Assembly (NCBI GenBank): GCA_000320545.1
Contig: ADNK01001927.1
Location: 129,232-193,231 of the forward strand
Reading direction: 5' to 3'
Origin: Bigelowiella natans CCMP2755
Lineage: Eukaryota > Protista > Cercozoa
Length of the DNA: 64,000 nt
In this document: piece by piece, positions 23,697 to 37,114 of the stretch
Layout: each line of letters starts with the position of its first letter
Position numbering within the stretch: the first letter of the stretch is position 1
Notes under the pieces: model-generated
The model's input: only the letters and a program-made list of their open reading frames with translations
Told to the model about the DNA's origin: nothing
The model's database searches: none
Made by a program: the position numbers and the translations under genes

Positions 23697-26600
23697 TATT
23701 TATGTACATATAATATTTACATAAGTTTTATCGGAATTCAATTTTGTTTTACTACTTTCGCTTTTCACTTAGACCGAGGGCGTGATGCCCTTATCCTACG
23801 CAGCGGGGAAACTTAAAACTCCGTTTCTAGTTCTCTTGGTAGAAGCCAAAGCTGGTATTACTTTGCGAAGTAACAACCCATTATCTTGTATCTAAATTAA
23901 TGTATGTACAGATGTGAATAAGATTGATCTCGGAGGAAAGACTGCACTGCACTTTGCGGCTCGTACGAATAACGTTGCTGCCATTGAGTATTTGTTGAGA
24001 GTTGGCGCTGATTATACTCTGCGAGATAAAACAAATCGAGACCCTGCAACTTATGGGGCGCAATACGGTTCAAAGGGAGCGGTGAAGATTCTGGAAGCTG
24101 CGTGGATGAATTCTGGTGGATCGCCGCGTACTGCAGACCCCCTCTCCCTGGTCAAACAGAAGTACATTTTGAGTAAGAAACTAGGAGAAGGCGCCTTCGG
24201 AAAAGTTTTGGCCGTGACGCATAAAAAGAGTGGAAACGAATATGCATGCAAATTCATAAAGCGCAAGAAGCTTTCCGAGAGTGCAGAGGCCTATCTTGAT
24301 AGTGAGATACAGATCATGTTTGAAGTACCACATCCCGGAATATGCCGCTTGTACGAGGTTATAAAGACAAAGCAGGCAGTTTGTTTGATCATGGAGGTTC
24401 TTAAGGGTGGAGACGTGCTGAAACGTATCGTAGAGAAGGACATACTAGACGAAAAAGAAGCTGCGAAGATCGTACGGTCGGTTGCAAGTACTTTGGGATT
24501 CTTGCACGGGCTAGGTATCATACACAGAGATCTGAAACCAGACAACCTCATGTACCGCTCCACTGATCCTGGTTCTGAAGTGGTTATTGTTGATTTCGGA
24601 GTAGCTAAACATCTAGAAGAAAAACAGAAATTCGCACAGTCTGCTTGCGGAACCCCTCTATATCTAGCACCTGAGGTAATCGTAGGACCACAATACACAA
24701 ACATGTGCGACATGTGGTCTCTTGGCGTTATCCTGTACGTAATGCTGTGCGGACGACCACCTTTCTATGCGAAGGATAGATCACAGCTGTTCCGAAAAAT
24801 AAAGGAAGGCAACTTTGCATTCCCAGAGAAATACTGGCGCAATGTGTCTCAGGGTGCGAAGGACTTGATAGGAAAACTACTAGTGGTGGAACCAACAAAA
24901 AGGGCGACTCCTAAGCAGGTTGCTGCAGATCCATGGATCCGCAAATATGCCGTGTTGAATATCGAAGAAAAGGACGATAAGTCGTCTGATCAGGAAAAGA
25001 AGAAACAAGAGCTCATGGCGGAAGGTTTCGCGTCTCTCTCCCGAACAGTAAAGTTCCTTGTAGCCGTGAAGAGGCTATATCACCGTTTTGACCTTGGAAG
25101 TATCGACGGGGCATCTTTACGACTATTGGGAGCGTACAGGCAGGGGATGTTTAAGAACAACCGCAGCAGCAAAAATAACAGTATCTCTGCCGCCTCCTGT
25201 TGGAGTCTTATGTCGCGACGAGTGACTGATTTCTCTTCTATGAGTCTCCAACCCCTTATGGCTGTAAAAGTGAAGAACTTCGAGGGGGATTTTGTAATTG
25301 AACGGAAATACAAGGGAGATTTGCCTGGAATGAAAGACCATTGGTGGGTTAGCGGCAGTGAGGGCCAAATGCATGTTGTATCTCCTGCTCATATAACGCC
25401 AATTAGTAGCAGTGGAAAAGCACTCCCGACTCCGAGCCGCCGCTACTCCTTTCACAAGAACAATAACAATAAGCATGGTGGTGATGATGATGATGATGGC
25501 CACAACCTATCCCGTCCTGCTGACGACAGCGGAAGCAGCAGCAGCATTACTAAAGCTGTTGCAATGAATATAAGCCTGGAGCATAACATGAGACTCGTTG
25601 GACCCTCGAAGTATCAGGGTAAATATGCGTCGTGGGCTATGAGAGGCTCAAAGGACGATTTGATGGAGTTGATGTGCCGAAAGGACAGGTTCACTCTTAT
25701 GTTTTGGGATCACATGCGCTTGTTTATCAAAAAGTTTGCAGGGGAACAAAAGGAAGAGCACGAAATGGTTTCTGAGGCAAAGAGAATTCAATTGATGTTC
25801 TTAAAAACAAAATCAACTCTTAAGCTCTCACTTCCGAAAGAAACAATTCGCAAGCTAGATCAATCTATCACTGCCAATAAAGTTAACGCTCACATATTTG
25901 ACAAAGCGGCGCATATGTGCCAAGCTTTCATCCAAAAGAATCTCTGGGTAGAAATAAAGACCCTTGTCTCTGAATTTAAGAAAATCCTTAAAAATGCTCG
26001 ATCGGAGCAACACCACAGCCTTAGGAAGCGTCTTTCGCTAGTCTTTCCTAAACGACTACTGGACCTTATGGGCTGCAAAGTTACCAACGTGCCGGAAGGG
26101 AATTCACTCGATGGACAAATAATATCGAGCACTATTCAGATTGCCTCCTTGCAGAATGGCGAAGAGCAGGACAACGACCTTAAGGTCAAGTTGCACAAGA
26201 TATTGAGCTCTGAACGATATGTAGAACTTAACGCATTGGCCAAGGTTGTGGGAGAAGATTCAGATTTACTTGTACCTGGTAGGAGGCTTTACTATGCCGC
26301 CATTGTGAAGAAGAAGTCACGAATGGTATTCTCCAGCTCAAGCGAGAGGAAGCTAGTGCTGTGTAACGATATAATAGCATGGCTGACGCCCAAACTGAAG
26401 CTGAAAACTTTCTTGCCTCTCTCTGAACTTGAATGTCTTGAATTCAAAGGTGAATCTCGATTCGCGATAAACCATAGCAAGAAGACTTACGAGTTCTACT
26501 GTAATAATGACATCGAAGCCAAACAATGGGTTCAGATAATTAACCGTACAAAGCAAGAATGGAAGCAATTGGGCCAGAATCGTAGGAAAACTACCCAGCC

Positions 26601-27525
26601 ACAAAGCGAAGGTGTTCTGAGCGACATACGACATAAGCGGGAACAGGCATTTTCTAGAATGAAGAAGCAAGCACTCAGAGACCTTATCAAACGCATGAAG
26701 AAGCCTGTGGAAGTCAAAAGCAGATCGAAAGGATTTCAAACACACGCAAACTCATTCGTTGGGGAGGACTTTGTAAAATGGATTGTGAAAGAAAAGCTGG
26801 TTCCAACCCCTCAGGAAGCAGTAAGGATAGGAAACGAATTGGTAGTAAGCGGTTACATTGAGCACGTGTCAGGAGATCATGGCTTCCGAAACAATAATAT
26901 TCTTTATAAGATAAACGAGAAACTGGTGAAAGTTGGCGATAAGGGTGCGGCAGTAGTACGCACACTTGGCAATAACAATAGCTACTCAGCGTCACGAAGT
27001 ATGTCTACAAAGCAAGGAGGAGGAGGAGGCGCACACCGGATAACATGGCTTGAGTGCCAAGCTAAGATAGTATGGAAAGTGGAGGGAAGAACACGTATAC
27101 CCCATGCTGTTCTGTGTCTATGGAACGAAGATGCACCAGGAAATGACGACAACATAACCTTGGCAGAAGCACGTGCTGTGGCAGATTCAAAGGATCCTCT
27201 CAAGCTTAGAGTCATTCCCGGTGGAGTCAATGTTAGTGAAGATGAGAGCTACTATGAAGAGTACCAGATCAAGTTTGAAAGTAAAGAAATTTGTGATAAG
27301 TGGCTGTGTATATTGAATGATCTCCAATTGGACCATGAGAAACAAGAACGGACAATACGAAGAATAATCGATCGTGCGGAAAATGTTGTACTCAACCTCG
27401 AAACTATCCAGATCTCTAAAGAAGAGACAGCAAGAGGAGGGGGAGGAGGAGTAGTAGTTAATGGTGGTGCGGAGGCAAAGCGGGTAATAAAAACGAAGAA
27501 GACATGTGGGCATCATTCAGTTTGA
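22278..27525 (+). CDS. Ankyrin-repeat / CaMK-family Ser/Thr kinase / RGS-like / PH / DEP multidomain protein, 11 exons
   Basis: Ten short exons in 22278-23854 encode ankyrin repeats (SRLHLAAASG, TPLMLAARNGH, TALHMAVEMD). The last exon 23912-27525 has TALHFAA, a kinase (LGEGAFGKV, YACK, HRDLKPDN, DFG, CGTPLYLAPE, DMWSLGVILY; ~24163-24940), RGS-like (LMFW..EAKRIQLMFL..LSLP..IFDKA; ~25650-25960), PH (~26260-26550), DEP (NSFVGEDFVKWI..EAVRIGNELV..GYIEHV..F..LY; ~26700-26910) and a possible second PH. Confidence 0.92.
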
Positions 27526-28329
27526 AATCAACACCTTATGATGATGCAGTCATGTTTACACACATCCACCCTATTAAGTATCATCATCATCATCATTGTT
27601 ATCACATCTTCATATCTCCAACTTTGGTTGATTTATTTGTAAAGCAGATATCTAACGGTGATGGTGGGGAGGGTACATACTGGATAACCGCTGGGGGAGA
27701 CGTAAAGAAGCTGTTTGTTGAGGTACTGCCAACTATGATTATTATGATGATAAGAAATTCAGATCTTGTGCATCTTATGGCTTTCATTGCTATGCCTTCC
27801 CATGCTGAGAAGCATAGCTTACAATACACATTTTTTCTCATCAACTCACCCGCGACAACTTTTTTCAATTTTAGAAAATATTTCAATAAAATTATTTAGA
27901 AATTGCAAAAAGCTGATCAAAAAATTTTTGGGTAACTTATGACTTTTTGCTGCAGCCCTTTTTACAAGCTGATGACTTTCCACATCCTTCAAAATCACGT
28001 GCAGAGTTGGAAGAAGTTATTCTACAGGTGTGAGTTCAATCATTAATTAATGAAATTTATTTCCTTCGTCTTTTGCAGACATAATGGATGAATTCTGTTG
28101 TACGTAGAGTTTAAATGCTTACTTCACCGAACTCGTGGAAGAAGTTTCGACGGACTCAATATCAGCATTGTGGAAGGTGGTGTCAAATCATGGCCATGAG
28201 TGCATGCTTTGTATACACCTACTTTTGCATTTATTTGTTTCCCTATATCATTAGCTTTTAACGACGAACACAAGATTCAAAATCTCCTGATGAGGACGAC
28301 ATAAAGATCCATAGAAGTTCTGATCGAAA

Positions 28330-29200
28330 GTGACAGCTGTGCAATGTATGACAGGTTTTAAAAAAATGCTACACCCATTTCCATGCGCGCTAGAATGTTT
28401 TTCATTTCATGGTCTCATCATTCGGCCACGTATTGCCCGTCACCAATGCGCACATGCGACGCCTGTGATCATTAGCCGCCACAAGGTGCATCGTATCATT
28501 TCACGTGTTTTGGGGCTGGGGCATGCTAGCATGGGAGGTGAAAATGTGATGGTTCAATCCATCCTGGCTAGCTGGGCGATTGCGCTCTCTAGCTCTAGCT
28601 CAAAAATGCAATTGAATGTGACATGTGTGTGATGCCACCAATGCAATGCTGTGTTGCAAACAAGTTGCGCAGTTAGCTGTTGCACCAGCATGCCAGCCCA
28701 TGACAAAGCTAGAAAGCCGCAACGCACAGCCGCATGCTTCTCAACACATGCAAGCAAGTTTGATCTGCTGCGCTCAAGTGGCATGCAGTCAGCACAATGA
28801 ACAATGGACATGGCAATGGCATGCACACACACGTGCACATGTGTGCATGTGCATCGCACATGTGATGTCACGTGTCCATGATGAGCAGACACAGCAACAC
28901 CATGTGGACACATGTGTCCCTGTGCGTGTAGCCGTCTACGACATGTGCACATCGCACACTTCACATGTACCCATAGCTACACATGTGCCAAATGATGGCG
29001 CTCACATGTGCATGCATGCATCCAGGCACATGTCTAGATGTGTAGTGGCTTGTTTGGTGCATGTGTGGATGTGAACAGAGCATGTGTGCTTTTTAGGTAC
29101 ATGTGGTGTGCATGGGTACATGTGTTCCTTACGCGTACACGTACATGGACATATGTGTCCCTATGATACGATGTAGCACAACTAGAAAGCAACAATTACG
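28330..29200. other. TpA-depleted intergenic tract with long alternating purine-pyrimidine sequence
   Basis: CATG/TGCA/CACA/TGTG mosaic at 28800-29160; remaining TpA in 28520-28720 is mostly CTAG. Confidence 0.8.
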
Positions 29201-29368
29201 TTCCGTCGTTTGAAAGTGTATACGATAGTTATAAAAGTGAAGCAAATCATTTTCAATTATCCTGAGTGCACTGCAATAGCTACCGTGGTTTTTAAATGAA
29301 CAGGACTTATTAACACATTGGATTTGAGGAGGCCCATCATCATGGAACAGCAGCCAAGGTTCCGAGAG

Positions 29369-30274
29369 CTACTCCCATTCCTCTTCCTCGTCGCCGTCTG
29401 AAATTGCATCTGATGTCTCTTGACATACCAAGATTGATTTCCTCAATATCGCTAATTGATCTTGTATTTGTCCAGTTTTATCCTCTTCCTTTTTTCTTTC
29501 CATATCCGAATCTCCAGCTTTTTCAACTTCATGCTAAGAGATGAACGTTCATATTATTGATTCGATTCCACTTTGATTCATCCTACGTTGATTATAATCT
29601 CTGCACCCCCATCCTTACATCATTGGGGACTCTCCTCAATAGTATGGACAGCAAATCATCACACGCTCTAAGCTTCACCACATAACCTTTATCATATTAT
29701 GTTTTTTTGTTTTCCGGCTAACCTCATGTCGATGTGTATTGGAATCTTCAGCTTCGCACTCAAGATTCGTAGTATGTTCTCCGCGTCCACAAAGAGGACA
29801 TTCCATTAGATATTCCTATGAGACAACCTTGGTTTCAATAAGCTAAGTATACACCGATATTACTATTTATGCGTACTTGCGTCTTGCCGTCGGCCTCGAA
29901 GCTGTAAAAGTGCTCACATATTTCGTGACCACATGTCGAGCATACGTGCTTATAAGTAATAGTCTCGGTGTAAAGATCATCCTCGTCCTCATCCTCAACA
30001 TATTTTCTGAAGATATGCGTACATTGGAAGACATAACGTACTGCTTATTTGCTGTAATGTACCTTTCAACAACTTTTAATAGAGTTTTTTTCTTGCATTT
30101 TGCACAGGCTTTGAAGTTTAAAACGTATGTACCAGTTTCCTAGAAACCCAATTTAATTGTGATGTATTCGAGTAGTCAATTGTGATATCATCTTCAGAGT
30201 AATTTAATGGAGTAGCATACAAGACAGACACTTCCTCGTTCGGGGCGAAATTCATTGAGGCAATCCTTGCACAT
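29369..30274 (-). CDS. CHURC1: Churchill zinc-binding protein with acidic C-terminal extension
   Basis: Spliced translation MCKDCLNEFRPERGSVCL|ETGTYVLNFKACAKCKKKTLLKVVER|KYVEDEDEDDLYTETITYKHVCSTCGHEICEHFYSFEADGKTQ|EYLMECPLCGRGEHT matches the Churchill Cys/His pattern (MCxxC...RGxxCLExGxxxLNFxxCxxC...TYxHxCxxCxHxIxxHxYxF...QEYxMxCxLCG). The last exon (..DGDEEEEWE*) is less certain. Confidence 0.9.
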
Positions 30275-30562
30275 TCGTGATTATGCTTCGCTGTCTTATT
30301 AGCTCTACTAGTTGGATGTATTTTCATGTCGCACATGTAAAATGGAGGACGTTTCTCAACCAGATATTGTCTCTTGGAGATTTCCTGGAGTTTGTCGTTT
30401 TGGACGGAACAGTAGACGTTACCTCCATCAACCCCTTGGCCTGAGCTTCACCACCCTCTCTTCCCCTTGCGCACAGAGTTGTGGCAACGTTGTCCGTTAA
30501 TCGTGGCAAAAAAAGGAAAAGAATTGAGTTCTACCAAATCTCGCCCTGAGGAAACTATTAGA
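30275..30562. promoter_or_regulatory. Probable short bidirectional promoter between CHURC1 and CCDC40
   Basis: Divergent start codons about 290 bp apart (CCDC40 start inferred). Confidence 0.5.
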
Positions 30563-33250
30563 AATGGACGTTCAACCAGAGGAGGGAGGCGTATCTGCCC
30601 CAAGAGGTGCATATCGAGCCCATTATTCATAATGTGCAAATTAATATGGTGGCTTTGTGTCGAAGTGTAGCTGACTTATGATTTAGCTTATCTGAATTTA
30701 GATAACATATCTTTTGTCACAATATTCATCCCAGCAGCCGAGGATGGAATGGAAATTCCTATTCAGCATCATGACGAAGAAGACATTGATGAGGTGAAGT
30801 GCAGTACTACAACCTAAATCACTTACGCATGATGATGAAGAACACTCCACCCAAATTGATTCAATTGCATTTTAAATAAGGATGAGGACGAAGATGACGA
30901 AGTGGACCCAAACCATCAGTTGTTGGATAGAGTGCAAAGGGCATTGTATGAGCAGCTCAGCAAGAGAAAGGAAGCTCTCGAGATTAAGATAAGAGACAGG
31001 AAAGAAGCAGTCTCGAGGATAGTAAAGCAAAGAGAGCAAACTGGTGAGATGGAAATTACTGAATTAGTTAGCATCTTGACAGAAGAACATCCGATCATAA
31101 AATAAACTTAATACTACTTCCTATTACTCGATATCTACTAGGTGTGGAACTTTATGGCTTCCAACAACAACTTGCAAAATTGCAGCAGGATTTGGAGTCA
31201 AAGCATGATTTTATGGCTCAAAACCGTGAGACTAGGAAGGTGGCTGAGAAGCGTGTTAAATATCTCGAGACAGTCGTGGAAGGTATTTACTACTTACGAT
31301 TATTCAGCTTGATGTCCTCCTCCGTTTATTCTTTTCATCCAGATACTTAAATTGACGTTTTATTCCGTTTACGGTGAACTATGAATATAATAGATGTTAC
31401 ACGCAAAAAAGACTTAATGGAGAACAAAAGGCTTGATGAACAAAAAAAGCTTGATGAGATTAGAATCACAGTGAAACAGATCGAAGAGCACAACAATCAA
31501 CTTAAAGGAGAAATCAAGGTAGTATTTCCTCCTAGTGTCTTTTTGATCTTATAATAACAAATATGGTACATTATAGGTTACTCGTCGAGCAGCTATTGGG
31601 ACCGAGGTAGGAATGAAAGAAGCGGAGAAGGAAAAAAGAGAACAAGATATACTAATTGATGAGCTCAACGAGAAAATAAAGTCAATTGCAGAAGAAATGA
31701 GACTGTATGTAGCCCAGATTGCTAGCCAGCAAAAACAGACGGAATTAGCAAAGACAACACTTGCTGAGGCAGAGAAAGAGATTAAGGATATCAATATTCA
31801 AAAGAGGGAGTATATACAACGGTGGAAAACATCACTCACCGGGATGAAGCGCAGAGATGAAAGCTTGCAGATAACGCAAGCAGCTCTTCAAAAATTGCAA
31901 GAGCAAAGAAGAGGTGTTGAGGTTGAGATTATTGGTCTCAAAAAGAATATATCGGAAGAACAAGAAAAGAACGAAAGGCTAACAGGTAGTAGTTCAGTTG
32001 AAATGAAGGAGATAAACCGAAGTAGTGAGTGCCTCTTAAGTAATAATAGTAGCTTCCATTTTCACGAATATATTGCACATGCAATTTTAGTGTCTCCATA
32101 TACAAAATTAGTGAAGAACTAAATCTAAATTATTCCTTAGCTATCCAAACAAAGCTTGAGACAGAACTCAAGTTTCTTGAGTCTCAAAATGAGAATGTCG
32201 TTGAAGATATAAAAGTGAGTAACAGCCAGCATTTGGCAGAAAAATCATCCTAAACTCTTATGCATAACGAGTGCAAATCCTGGTGTTGATAAAGAGTATT
32301 GTTGTTTTTCCTTCCTCTTTCCTCCTTCCTTCCTCCCATAATTTCACCAATCAAGGTGAAGCAAGATTCGTTCGAAAAAGTTCAGATCTCCCTTAATGCT
32401 TCTGAAGATCATCTCAAGAAGGAGAAGTTGCTCGCAAAGCGTGGAGAAGATGCTTGCAAGCAAATTCATAAACAAATCGAGAAATTGGTCAGTTTTGTAA
32501 TGACTTTTATCTTTTCACATCTTACTTGTTAGCAGAAGAAAAAAATCAAGGATCAATCAATAGATTGGCGTTATGGAATGTCGTTGTCATCAATCCCATC
32601 TTATGTGTGGCATACTACTAATCAGGCGCAAAAAAGGCAACAACTTGAAAACAAAATTGAACTAGAGCTCAAGGGAGAGATTGACACACTGAAGAGAGGT
32701 CAGAAGCACTGTCTTGGGAAAAATAGTCAATAACTCAGAACAGCCTATTGACCATCAAATTATATTCTCACACACTAATCATTTCATCACCTTGAGATAC
32801 AAGCAAACCATGTTTATCTATGATGAAGTGAAACACACACACACACACATATGAAATAATGACAATATATGCTGTGACATCTATCATAACTAGGGAAATG
32901 CTTAATATTATTGACGGTAGAAGTGATAATAGATCCCCCTTCGTTTGCCACTTAGTCTCTATATATTTCACGCGTGATGCGATTTTATAATTATTACTGC
33001 AGGCAAGAAAGGCGTTGCAAAGGGTGTAATTAAGCTGCGAGCAGATATCCAAAAGAAGGATTTAGAGATCGCAGATACCCGCAACGAACTTGCTCGTGTG
33101 CGGGTTGACATTCTGAACACCACAGCATTCCATAAGCAGCTCGAATCAACGCTCAAGGAATATGAAGCTGAATTAGCGGTGTGTACTTCTTCTTCTTACA
33201 ATATATCCTTACGTCCTTCCTTCTTGTATGAAGATAATTTAAATAATATT

Positions 33251-33313
<63 letters not shown>

Positions 33314-35512
33314 AAGATGTGTAAATGCATGTGGACTTCTTATGAAGTGCAGCAAAAGATGTATTACAGTGTATAAATATACTTAGAAGATGGTCGTTCA
33401 TAAATATATAACGCACCAAAGAGAGCTGTATTACTTATGCTACGACGAATATTATTCAATAGGAAAAGGATAAAATCATCAACAAATATGAGTCAGAGCT
33501 AAAAGCAAGTAAAACAACATCACACAACAAAGATTCTTTTCTCATAGTCATAATAATAATCATGAGCATTATGAACAATGGTATGACTAATGGTATCACT
33601 AAATCTCTTTTAACTCACCAACCACAACCTGCAAGTTGTTTGTTTTTGCAACTTGGACTAAATGTGTGTGCACATCACTTTAGCTTCGCTCAAGATCGAA
33701 AGGAAGCAGATTTATATTGCCAGACTCAATAAAAAGTAAAATTATAACACATCGATTTACTTCATGAAACCGAACGATCAACCAAATTTTGTTTGAAGAA
33801 CTACTAGATTTATAAATCTGCACGCACATTAAATTGAGGCATCATAGTTTTCTCTTTGGCACCACTGCGAAGAAGTTGTGAGATTATATATGTGTGTGTA
33901 TATTAATGTGTGTAAATATATACAAATGGACAGATATGATGAGTTGACGGCGAATGACAGTGAGGAAAATACAGGCCCCCTTGAAGCAACTATAAAAACA
34001 TTAAAAAGGTATGTGGTACTCACCATCCTAAGTAGCAGCTGTAGTAGGAGGAGGAGGGGGGGTGGAAGAGGAAGAGGAGTAAGAAAGACTCAACACAAAG
34101 AAGACCCTTCTCCTCCTCCTCCTCCCCCTCCTTTTACTGCTGCCTATTACACTGTTCAGCTTCTTGCCATGCTGCTCTAAAACTTGCATGCATACACAAA
34201 TACAAACATACATCCATACATACATACTACGACTTCTGCTACTATCCTATAGCTAAATGCTTATTGAAAGGACTGCTGCTGCTGTAAATGTGACTGCTAT
34301 CACAATCACTCACATAGCATACAAAATCTCAATTCCAGTGTCTTTGTATTATTACTTCGCTAAATCCATTTAATATTTTCGTTGGTTCATTATTTTCCTC
34401 CTCCTATTGTTCATTCTTCTTCTCATTGTTTATAATCCAAAGGGACATTGAGCACTTCAAAACTGAAACGGCTCACCAACAGCGAAAGTGGATTGGCCTG
34501 CAAAACACACTGGTCAACCTTGCCCAAGAAACAGGACAGATTGACAAAAAATCTGCTGAAATGCGGTCAAAGATCAGCGTACTTGAGCAAAAGAACCTAC
34601 GCATTAAGAGCCAAACGAAACATGAACAAAACGAAGGAAAAGCTCTCAACACACTTATTCGCCACTTACATTTCGATGCTAAGAAGTTAAACGACATGAT
34701 CGCTAAATCTGAGATATTAGCGAAGGAAATATCCTCCTCGAATTACACGGCAGAACAAGACTTTGCAAACGAATTAAAGTCTCTCTCTGACGCCTCCAAG
34801 GTAACCTTTTCCGTGAAGAAGAAAGGCACTTAGATAAAATACCATGTAATTGATAAAAGTCAACCAGCGAGAGAGCACCGAATAATGCGACAATAAACAC
34901 ATACATACATACTACTCTCGTGACTAGAATTAATAATCCCAGGCTCGCCAAGATAAAATACAGGCCTTGAAGACTGAGAAAGAAGAAACAATTCAAAAAG
35001 TCATTGAAGCAGAGAAAATGGTAGTAGGAGCACCGAAGTATTAGTAGTAGGAGTAGGAGTCTATTTGAGCTCTGCAGCGGTTCATATATTTATAACATGT
35101 GCACGTGTATGCAATAGCATGAATAGTATATTAGTTTTAGTAGTAGTATTCACTTTGGTTGCTGCAATGATGATGAAGATGAGCTCTCTGGTCATAAATA
35201 ATACTATTTGTAATAAAACCATAAGCTATATTTTATGAGAGTTGTATTTGAATTGTATCAAGATAAATATTTTAAGTTAATACAATAACATACGTTGATA
35301 ATAAAGGTGATGCTGATGGAGAAGAAGATACAATTAGAAAGAGAGACTCACGCTGCTATAGACCCTGAGTTCGGTCAACCTGAGATAAAAGGTACTACAT
35401 GCTACCACTACCACTACTACTACTACTACTACTACTAGTAGTACTACTACAACGGCAATCATATCATCATGCAGGCCAATTACGATTAAAATTTAAAACA
35501 AAGCATCACATT

Positions 35513-35547
<35 letters not shown>

Positions 35548-37114
35548 TAATTGTGTGTGTGATATGGTATGGAGAAAGAGAGTGGGGGGGGGGAGGAGGG
35601 GCGAGGAGGAGAATTATACCGGACAAGCTTTTAAAAACATGAAATATGGTACAGGAATGAAAAAGGAGATTCATCGCATGGAGATCAGACTAACACAACT
35701 GAAAAAACATCAAGAGATGATGATTCAGCAAATGGAAAGATCTATACAACGCAGGTCGTCTTCCTATTGGCAATGTTCTGCTTATACATATTATCGATAT
35801 ATCTTAATATGTTCAATATAAATTGATGACGGTGTGATAGTGTCTGCTAATCATTTGATGTATAGCCGAATTATTACCATAGAGCTTGTCATATCATAGC
35901 GTCCACATAGCAGCAAGTACATGGCTGCTAGTCGTTGCTGCTTCAATTGGTAGAGTAAATGATTGATTTATCGGTCTAACTCTTTTGTTGTAGGCAAATG
36001 ATACAGATGGGTCACGAGGCATCAAAGGGAAAAGGAGAGTCTAAAATAAACTTGAGAAAGAAAATATCAGCCCTTAAGAACGCTCTAAAAGCTAATATGA
36101 GAGAATTCAAAAAGGTTACTATCGATTTTTGCTCTTTTCCCTGAAATATCTACTACTACATTGTGTACTTGGTACTACTCTTTATTTCTGAATTATTTGA
36201 CACAATTATCAGGTTGAGCTTCTCGCAGAGGATGCAGAAGCACAAGGAAAGGATATCCAAGCCAATGTGGACATAATGGCTGAGAAACTAGGAGCTGTGG
36301 AGAACGACAAGCTTGATTTGGAACATGAGCTACAAACCAGTAAAATATCACGTAGAATTAACGAGAATAAGCTCTTGCTCTTGGAAAGAAAGAAGTTCAG
36401 AGCCAGAGAAATCTTGCGAAAAAAGGTGGAACTACTACTACTACTACTACTAAACTTAACAATGATCACACTGCTACTGTTGAAATGATGCGTGCGAGGA
36501 GAAACCACTTGCGGTAGTAACATGGTTGACGAAACTTCTAAGATTAGAAGAAGGCGTTATCATTTATTGCACTCATGAGAGCACATCGCTACCATTATAA
36601 TACCAATACCAGTGCTTCTGGCGAGGTGTTACTGTTGCTTGTAGTAAGTAGTAGTAGTAGTACTCTTTTAACAAATTGTCGCACCACATTGGTGGTGGTG
36701 GTGGTGGTGGTGGTCTTAGGAATTCACCCAAGCAGACTACGAGCTAGGAACTATGGGGTTAGCAAAGGAAGCAGAGATAGCCAAAAAGATCAACAAGGTA
36801 ATAATGTATGTAGTAGCAGTACTTTTCCTCTTGCGTTAAGCATACACGACATCACATGATAACAATATCCCACATATAAACATGCATACATACACACATA
36901 CTTAAAATCGAAGAATTAATTATGATCAATGAGCAACAACCACCTATATAGTACATACTTCAGCTGTTTCATCATTCCCAATTGAGGGTAAGAACGTTTA
37001 TGTTAATTGCATGGGTTGAAAATGATATTTTCGTAGGTCCTGCTCACTATGGGACAAAACTATCCAAAGTTTGCGGAATACATGGAGCAAATTCAAAGAT
37101 TTCTACTGGAATGA
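30563..37114 (+). CDS. CCDC40: Coiled-coil domain protein 40 (FAP172, axonemal ruler), multi-exon
   Basis: DPNHQLLDRVQRALYEQL...QREQTGVELYGFQQQLAKLQ, EKEKREQDILIDEL, QRWKTSLTGMKRRDE, NELARVRVDILN, GPLEATI, MLMEKKIQLERETHAAIDPEFGQPEIKGMKKEIHRMEIRLTQLKKHQEMMIQQMERSIQRR match CCDC40 blocks. Last exon ends ..QRFLLE* at 37114. Start codon uncertain. Confidence 0.9.

Noticed and set aside
27900-28335. Possible small spliced gene downstream of the kinase
   Set aside because: GT/AG-like borders are present but I could not assemble a consistent reading frame.
30060-30140. Apparent frameshift in Churchill exon 2
   Set aside because: Re-reading gives ttc aaa gcc tgt gca aaa tgc, which is in frame.
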